Made by a program: the position numbers and the translations under genes. DNA of 64,000 nt. It comes from a virus. Its lineage: Duplodnaviria > Caudoviricetes. The DNA is taken from IMG/VR virus record IMGVR_UViG_3300030330_005834, positions 32,001 through 96,000 of that record; one strand, 5' to 3'. This document shows, in pieces, positions 58,801-64,000 of the stretch. The notes under the pieces are model-generated. The model was not told the origin of the DNA. It saw only the letters and a program-made list of their open reading frames with translations, and ran no database searches. How positions within the stretch are numbered: the first letter of the stretch is position 1; each line of letters opens with the position of its first letter.

Positions 58801-60094
58801 GAATAAACTTCTTTATTCCATAGCCGCATTGGATGATTTAGATTTCATTGATAAATCCTTAGACGAAGAAGAGAGAAATAATTCGATCTCATTTTATAAA
58901 ATATCAGAACCCGAAGGCGGAAAGAAATTTAAAGATTCTTTATTTGCCTACGCTTTTACCAAGGCTCTAGCCAATGCGTCAGGTGACCCAACTGCAATTA
59001 GCAACAGACCTCCGCTTGTTTCAGCACCCAATCACGTTAAATCTTTAATATTGACTAGCATTGGCTCTGAATCCGTTCCAGCAACTGTTGTTTATAAAAC
59101 AATAAACAAGGGACAAAAGGATGCTTTCAAAAGCCCTCTACTTAGTGGGTTTGTAAATTTTAACTATAGAATACTCAATGAAATTGAAGTCTTTAAGGGG
59201 TTTAAAAAAACAGACAATGATGTTAGTGTAATAGGTCCTAGATGGCAAAGCTTAACAAAGCAACATCTGGACAATCTAACGCAGGAACAAGTTATTATGT
59301 GTCGCCAAAAAAGATATAGAAGTATAGAGAATGGAGTAAATCCTCCGAAAATACTTGAGATGCCATTTTATGACGAATATTTTATGATCTCTGGAGAAGA
59401 TGTTGAAGGAGAATTAAGCATAATTCAAAATATAACTAATTTAGATTCCTTGGGTTCTATAACATCTCCCGTAGGAGTTCCTGAACCTATAGGTAGCAAT
59501 TCTTTCTCCCTATTCAGCAACACTCGACAAAGCACAGAAGATGACGCACCCGAAAGCACAGCCTCTCCACTGTATTCGGACGCTTCCTCTAAGAGGAGGC
59601 AGGATTATATTAATAGAAGAGTTGAAAACTGGGAACTTAGTAAGGGAAGAGAAAGCAAAGCCGTCAGAACTGAACATACAAATTCAAATTTTGTAAATCA
59701 AGAAGGCGACCGCCGACCCGGATCCAGATCTCCAAGGCGAGAGGAAGCAGGGCGAAAAAGAAAGGCTGCTAAAAAGTTAGACGTGTTTCAGCAAGTAGAA
59801 ATTTTGAACTCTTTAAAATTAGCCTCTCTTGTTGATTCGAACAATATAAACGCGAATGCTTCACAGCAAAGAACCAATGGTGATATACGAACTGGAAATG
59901 GAGCCTTAACCCCGGAGGAGATAGAATTACTAAAAGGCTCTTTCGATGAAAAGAAAATAAAAGACATAATTGAAAGAACTGGGGCTAGTGGACCTGTTGG
60001 AACTTCTAGATCCGCCACTGGCGCAACCCCCATATCTTCTAACGTTCCCCTTCAGGGCGGCGGAGGCTCCGGCGGAGGCGGATCTACTTATTAG
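55859..60094 (+). CDS. Large (1411 aa) putative virion protein
   Basis: Long ORF within the structural module; beta-rich N-half and low-complexity Gly/Ser C-terminus. Confidence 0.55.
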   Translation: MSEVDQSQTNINIKEDLGIGLPNVHITSITLSNSISLPRSKQDPHIDHPNEVSVASLKEVQEAQENTSMDVSIKMIFKETVDNDGQFSFISKKDLLDYIKVNVVQCTAPNISQQISDRPYAHLTPNSGIVFLQGNSISGVEMRNVSLLSSIQNHSKIFQAAASNLTSVVGGKISNQVSTAELLKQIPFSKEQDAQGNTIYNIPLEVKFTISPKKGGAKVKFLSYFAYAYFDVEKFLQDTKEKMGALFNKIPIPMGAFAQYTIGSIASDIVIVDGNLQEDSFIYVDGDGNYYTGMYHIMPDGQAMKGKTHLANKRYKTSDYLTRKTVPNAKVVDNREAIKIGKATFNYSRTSEFITNDDVVNSLAQNLGVEENFKKQLPVASPLWCSHDIGGKNRFVFSLNIANLLLKNTVFPGLITTIKNTDKVEYSNLLKGVKITNFKITRRRVQKGNQLSSAKNTELISFSKSEKPMVIMSTKDTNNSIMEKVHISDQHGPSRTEGYKKIGAIKEIYLKGTLNSEGIRTFTGTDIEVGSKNEGDYQYTLEITAKDPVPEYLKSKIDELEQLLNGTKFKPGWNSYEKLARQKRFSDDILNRFTLEFLSKYNKKIASATSPTFVLDCVVRYVQILFLLNSDEDAISETTKSVKMIQYLANIASPNTGNPEGVVLVSKLINDLIDKLYFVLSQNTKFRKIKDLQGLDDPHVKGDTPNMVSSGGFKATFDYTCVFKHTFKAMDTSFASPIGYDFLSNNKNVAPANLGGLRVISASSIKKRFLDETKKLFTSANADIVIKDSAPNPTIFNPGDNINNQKFSFLAPAYVYLPRRNPFSVKAGGSLFGKPPGPITDLMLDVMRYNSNPAGGFSSQNIQNSKSIDLPFKVQKRRADLVNYFSDKGCTVHETGPEISSVFSAGPSSIESAPAPIAVPASSFKVSTNSFAGASNTTNTAIFSPASGFHSLEADEVEDLQANASLLFLAGNDILNSPISPNKLLYSIAALDDLDFIDKSLDEEERNNSISFYKISEPEGGKKFKDSLFAYAFTKALANASGDPTAISNRPPLVSAPNHVKSLILTSIGSESVPATVVYKTINKGQKDAFKSPLLSGFVNFNYRILNEIEVFKGFKKTDNDVSVIGPRWQSLTKQHLDNLTQEQVIMCRQKRYRSIENGVNPPKILEMPFYDEYFMISGEDVEGELSIIQNITNLDSLGSITSPVGVPEPIGSNSFSLFSNTRQSTEDDAPESTASPLYSDASSKRRQDYINRRVENWELSKGRESKAVRTEHTNSNFVNQEGDRRPGSRSPRREEAGRKRKAAKKLDVFQQVEILNSLKLASLVDSNNINANASQQRTNGDIRTGNGALTPEEIELLKGSFDEKKIKDIIERTGASGPVGTSRSATGATPISSNVPLQGGGGSGGGGSTY
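60084..60090 (+). promoter_or_regulatory. CTAnTTA putative late promoter (CTACTTA)
   Basis: Embedded in the last codons of the upstream gene, 18 nt before ATG 60109. Confidence 0.4.
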
Positions 60095-60108
60095 TGTAGG
60101 GCAAATAT

Positions 60109-63100
60109 ATGGCATTTAATAAAAAAGACATACCGGGAGTAGGATTATCACAAGGATCGAGCGGCGGAACTCCGAAACCAGTTTCAGAGCAGATAAAACA
60201 AGATCTTGCAAAAGGTACAGGTCCCGGCGCTCTTGGGATAAAATTTGAGCTTCTTGTCAAAGAAATGAAAGACAAGAAAAAACAAATGTTTATTGAACAT
60301 CATGATTTAATTTCAATGAATGGGATTCTCTCTCAAGAAACTTCGCAACAAGATTACCAATACACAAACAACTATAGCTATGACCCAATTAGAAGTTCAT
60401 TAGGGGCAGTATGGATTAAAAAAGGTTTACATACTGGACCCCGATATGCCTCCCCAAAGCCCTCCGGGCAAAAATTATCGGATTCGTCTGTTGATACTGG
60501 AAAGAAATTGAAACAACTCAATGTGGCAAGTGATAGATCTTTTTGCCACGAGGTTCTTCCGCTGGTAAGGTACAAGTTCCATACGCGATACAAAAATAGA
60601 GGAATAACTAACATTAAATTGTCCGCCCCCGGAACCACGAACAGTTCCAACGAAGAAGAAACGCCTTTCAAAAGCAAGCTGCTCAATATAGGGACAGTAC
60701 AATACATGTTTTTATATTTTGACATGGCTGATTATAGCGATTCAATGGCAAAATTAGTGCCCTTTAATTTATTTTTCGACACAAGACAAAAGTTGGAAGG
60801 ATATGTGTTTCAGGCTAATACAGACACTGGGTTTCAAACAATGGAATTTGATGCTACGTCGGGACCAAGAAGGTATGACTCGATGTTTATAACTCCAAGC
60901 TCAACAGAAGATGAATTATTGAGCGAGGGAGTAATCATCGATGAGTTGGGCAATTATCAAATTGGACAGGGCAAAATAATATCTGACATTCAAGACAAGA
61001 TTTTCTCCGATCACACCATCCAGAGCCAACATGCGATATCTGAAGAGGCATTACCTTTTTTTGGTAACGAAAATCTCCAAGGAAATTTAATCGCAGACGT
61101 TAAGCCAATATATAATTATTTTTTAGCGGAATGGGAATATGCAACTCCCGTTTTGAAAGAACAGGCTCTTCCAAGCGTCTATCATGCAGCGCATCTAGAA
61201 CAGGAAGGGAAGATGGATGAATGGGGTAGCAAATTTAAATTTAGAGCTTTCGCCAACAAGTTGATAAATTGCGATGTTGAACCAGATGAATACAATAAGG
61301 CGTGGCTAGCAAGAATAAACAACAACGTCGTGATATCCCCTGACCGGAGGTACATGGAAATGGTTGAGGATATGAAATCCCAATTTCCAATGTACAATGA
61401 GATAACTTTTAAACCAATCCCTCCGGGTGAAATTTCGAATTCTTTAAGAGAGAGTGGTATAACTGTAGACTTCTTAAAAACTCAACTGTCATATGTCTAT
61501 TCAGATTATTCAGACAACTCTATGGAAAATATGTTTGGAGTATTGGCTAGGATGATAATGTTGGCTTCTTCTGATCCTAAAATACTAGAGGGGAAAGACG
61601 CCACGATTATATCAAGATTAAAAGACCCCGCTTCTTTGAACATGTTCGAAGAAGCAGAAGAGTATATAGTCTCAGAATCATCCTTAAATTGTTATGACTT
61701 CCTTTCGTGGCTTGAGTGGTATTTTACTGAATTGGACGACCCACCATCTGGCGATGATATGAAATTGTATGATAAAGATTTATACAAAAAATGGAGTAAA
61801 TTTTATGGGAGCAGCGAGTTCAAGGATCTTATAGATGAGTCGAATACTAATTCTTTTAATAAAGCCATTGGTCTAATCAAGTTTATGAGTAGGTTTGTTG
61901 AGCAAGTTCAAGCGAGAAGCAGAACCCTTGACAAAATATATTCCGGTACAGACAGGCACTTTGCAGACACCGACATATTATACTATCGCATCGAGAAGCG
62001 GTCTTCGACTTCAGGGGAAGTGCTTCAGAACTTCTTTGTTTTGCCAGAAGAATTAGATGTTGATAAAGGCTACTCTCCGCAAATGAAGATCATCGACACC
62101 TCTGTGAAATATGGCGCAGATTATACTTACGAAATTTTCGCCACAAAGATTATAATTGGGACCGAATACAGATACAATATGGCTCCGACAAAGGAAGAAG
62201 AAGAAGAGTTCGAGACAGTAACCGCTAACCACGTAGCTATGGATGGTCAAGCCATTTTCGCCCCAGTCGTAAGCTTACATGAAAATAAAAACACAGGTCG
62301 AAAAACAAGAATGTTTTCGCTATATGATGAAGGTGAGGACTTTAATCAAACTTCCAAATATGTTCTACCAGTGAAAGTTAATTTGAGACCAACGGTTAAA
62401 ATTTACGAGTGCCCCCTCTATAAGGAAACGGGCGTGATCATAACAGACAACCCCCCTCTTCCACCGATTGTCAATATGTACCCTCTTTCTGGAAAAAGAA
62501 ACAAGGTGCTTATGACATTGGAAACCCAAACAGGAGATCGAAATCTACCCCCAGTGGCGATTGAATCATCAGACACTCAATATTTTGTTCTTGAAAGGTT
62601 TGCTCAAAAAAGACAAATACAATATCCTAGCGGAGATTATATTTACGAGAATTTGAGATTTAAAGCTGATGATGATTCTTCCGTGTATGAAATCTACAGA
62701 CTCGAAGGAGAAGAAAATAGACCACGCGAATACTCAGATTTTAGGGGCAAATTACATAAAACACTTGACAAGATGAGTCCAGTCCCCGAGGGCGGATTTG
62801 AAGACGATATCGCAACAAACACAAAATATTATTATACATTTAGGTCCAAAGACATGCATGGAAACATCTCAAACCCAAGCCATGTATACGAAGTTGAGAT
62901 GGTTGATTTGGGTCAGGATGTGTTTTATCCAGTTTTTAATGCTTATGAGATACAAGAAATAAAAACACAAGACATTTCCGCCGATAGAGAAAAGATCATT
63001 ACGAAAAGTAAATCTTTGAAAAAAAGAATACAAATTCGAGCAGCAGAGCAGCAAATATTATTGAATGAAGAACTTTCGGGCATAACCGGCGAAACAGCAA

Positions 63101-63288
63101 ACGTTCCGGACCAAGATATTGTATTGGGTGTCGCAGATAAATCCTTATGGAATGATAAAAAATTTAAATTTAGATTTACTTCGAGGCATACTGGAAGAGT
63201 AATAGATCTTAATGTGGATTTTAATTATAGTACAGAGAAACAAAAAGAAGAAGTTGTAGAAGCTTGCTTTGATCCAAAGGGCGAATAA
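60109..63288 (+). CDS. Large (1059 aa) putative virion protein with Fn3/Ig-like C-terminal domains
   Basis: YYRIEK...DTSVKYG.DYTYEI and YEIYR...FEDDI..NTKYYYTFRS.D.HGNISNPS. Confidence 0.55.
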   Translation: MAFNKKDIPGVGLSQGSSGGTPKPVSEQIKQDLAKGTGPGALGIKFELLVKEMKDKKKQMFIEHHDLISMNGILSQETSQQDYQYTNNYSYDPIRSSLGAVWIKKGLHTGPRYASPKPSGQKLSDSSVDTGKKLKQLNVASDRSFCHEVLPLVRYKFHTRYKNRGITNIKLSAPGTTNSSNEEETPFKSKLLNIGTVQYMFLYFDMADYSDSMAKLVPFNLFFDTRQKLEGYVFQANTDTGFQTMEFDATSGPRRYDSMFITPSSTEDELLSEGVIIDELGNYQIGQGKIISDIQDKIFSDHTIQSQHAISEEALPFFGNENLQGNLIADVKPIYNYFLAEWEYATPVLKEQALPSVYHAAHLEQEGKMDEWGSKFKFRAFANKLINCDVEPDEYNKAWLARINNNVVISPDRRYMEMVEDMKSQFPMYNEITFKPIPPGEISNSLRESGITVDFLKTQLSYVYSDYSDNSMENMFGVLARMIMLASSDPKILEGKDATIISRLKDPASLNMFEEAEEYIVSESSLNCYDFLSWLEWYFTELDDPPSGDDMKLYDKDLYKKWSKFYGSSEFKDLIDESNTNSFNKAIGLIKFMSRFVEQVQARSRTLDKIYSGTDRHFADTDILYYRIEKRSSTSGEVLQNFFVLPEELDVDKGYSPQMKIIDTSVKYGADYTYEIFATKIIIGTEYRYNMAPTKEEEEEFETVTANHVAMDGQAIFAPVVSLHENKNTGRKTRMFSLYDEGEDFNQTSKYVLPVKVNLRPTVKIYECPLYKETGVIITDNPPLPPIVNMYPLSGKRNKVLMTLETQTGDRNLPPVAIESSDTQYFVLERFAQKRQIQYPSGDYIYENLRFKADDDSSVYEIYRLEGEENRPREYSDFRGKLHKTLDKMSPVPEGGFEDDIATNTKYYYTFRSKDMHGNISNPSHVYEVEMVDLGQDVFYPVFNAYEIQEIKTQDISADREKIITKSKSLKKRIQIRAAEQQILLNEELSGITGETANVPDQDIVLGVADKSLWNDKKFKFRFTSRHTGRVIDLNVDFNYSTEKQKEEVVEACFDPKGE

Positions 63289-63316
63289 AAACTTTTGCGT
63301 GAATTGGTTTTAGGCA

Positions 63317-63340
63317 CTATTTATAACGAAATGCTAATTA
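63317..63340 (+). promoter_or_regulatory. Tandem CTAnTTA putative late promoters (CTATTTA 63317-63323; CTAATTA 63334-63340)
   Basis: Two copies in one intergenic gap, upstream of the GAGGAG RBS. Confidence 0.6.
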
Positions 63341-63377
63341 TATAAAATACATACGTGATACGAGGAGATAAAACGAA

Positions 63378-64000
63378 ATGGCTTTTCTAGATAACAGCGG
63401 AGATATTATTTTAGATGCCGTACTAACAGACGCTGGTCGCGCCAGATTAGCTGCTGGGGACGGGTCTTTTAAGATTGTTAAATATGCTTTTGGAGACGAC
63501 GAGATTGATTATTCTAAATATGATAAGAATAACACAAGCGGCTCTGCCTACTATGATATAGAGATCCTAAGAACGCCCGTCTTGGAGGCGTTTACAAACA
63601 ACACCTCTAATATGAAGAATAAGCTAATTTCCATTCCAAGAACAAATCTTTTATACTTGCCAGTTTTAAAACTAAACACTCTTGAGGCTTCCGCCGCAGG
63701 TGGTGGAATGGCAAGAAATAGCACTGCGGGACAAGCACCAGATACTTTTGTTGTATCTGTAGATAATACCACTGATACTGCTTTCCAAGAAGCTGATTCC
63801 ACCAACACAACCGGAGTGATGCTCGGGGTTAGTAACAGCAACAACAAATTCATTCAGGTTGATCAGGGTTTGGACACAACTGCTATAAGTCAAAAGTCGA
63901 GTTTAGACACAACGCTGATAGAAACACAGTTTATTGTAGAAATGGATAACAGACTTGGAACGTTGGCTACCCCAAATGGAACACAGGTATCTTTCTCGTT
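63378..64000 (+). CDS. Structural protein (3' truncated by window edge), DUF3751-like N-terminus
   Basis: MAFLDNSGDIILDAVLTDAGRARLAAGDGSFKIVKYAFGDDEIDY...; GAGGAG RBS; apparently open to the window end; missing from the ORF track. Confidence 0.7.
   Translation, partial: MAFLDNSGDIILDAVLTDAGRARLAAGDGSFKIVKYAFGDDEIDYSKYDKNNTSGSAYYDIEILRTPVLEAFTNNTSNMKNKLISIPRTNLLYLPVLKLNTLEASAAGGGMARNSTAGQAPDTFVVSVDNTTDTAFQEADSTNTTGVMLGVSNSNNKFIQVDQGLDTTAISQKSSLDTTLIETQFIVEMDNRLGTLATPNGTQVSFS

Noticed and set aside
31565-63288. Inteins, introns, DGR or tandem repeats explaining the giant ORFs
   Set aside because: No intein splice or LAGLIDADG motifs, reverse transcriptase, or long DNA repeats recognised by eye.
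1049-63893. Numerous short - strand and alternate-frame ORFs inside long + strand genes
   Set aside because: No RBS or recognisable motifs; typical antisense shadows of codon-biased genes.
28981-64000. eCIS/T6SS/tailocin locus
   Set aside because: T4-like gp6/gp7 wedge, gp55-like sigma factor, tRNAs and PhoH fit a large phage better; no TssJLM, ClpV or Afp15-type ATPase.

Overview
This window is a gene-dense, AT-rich (roughly 35-40% GC by spot sampling), almost entirely + strand segment of a large tailed (myovirus-type, T4-related) bacteriophage genome. It has three blocks. (1) 1-6035, accessory/host-interaction genes: the C-terminal end of an FtsZ/CetZ-like tubulin, an exported CxxCH c-type-cytochrome-like protein, ClpP, a cytidylyltransferase, a lipoprotein trypsin-like protease (the only real - strand gene), PIN-PhoH, a HEXXH metallopeptidase, a Cas4/AddB-like nuclease and three tRNAs (Arg-TCT, Leu-TAA, CAT probably Ile2). 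(2) 6032-27229, a ~21 kb run of 26 tightly coupled genes, nearly all for glycosylation: about 7 glycosyltransferase-like genes plus nucleotide-sugar synthesis and tailoring enzymes, with no flippase or polymerase. (3) 27978-64000, a gp55-like late sigma factor followed by a baseplate module: a split gp5-like spike with an M15 peptidase, a 3168-aa SH3b protein, gp25, gp6, a 3152-aa gp7/LamG protein and other large virion proteins. The best candidate for an undescribed system is phage-encoded virion glycosylation: the sugar cluster sits beside baseplate proteins strongly and selectively enriched in a dispersed [S/T]-[G/A]-S tripeptide that could be an O-glycosylation sequon. Other signals read from the DNA are a CTAnTTA putative late-promoter motif before the structural genes and near-total avoidance of CCWGG. 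All calls come from motif recognition and hand counts; no database searches were run.
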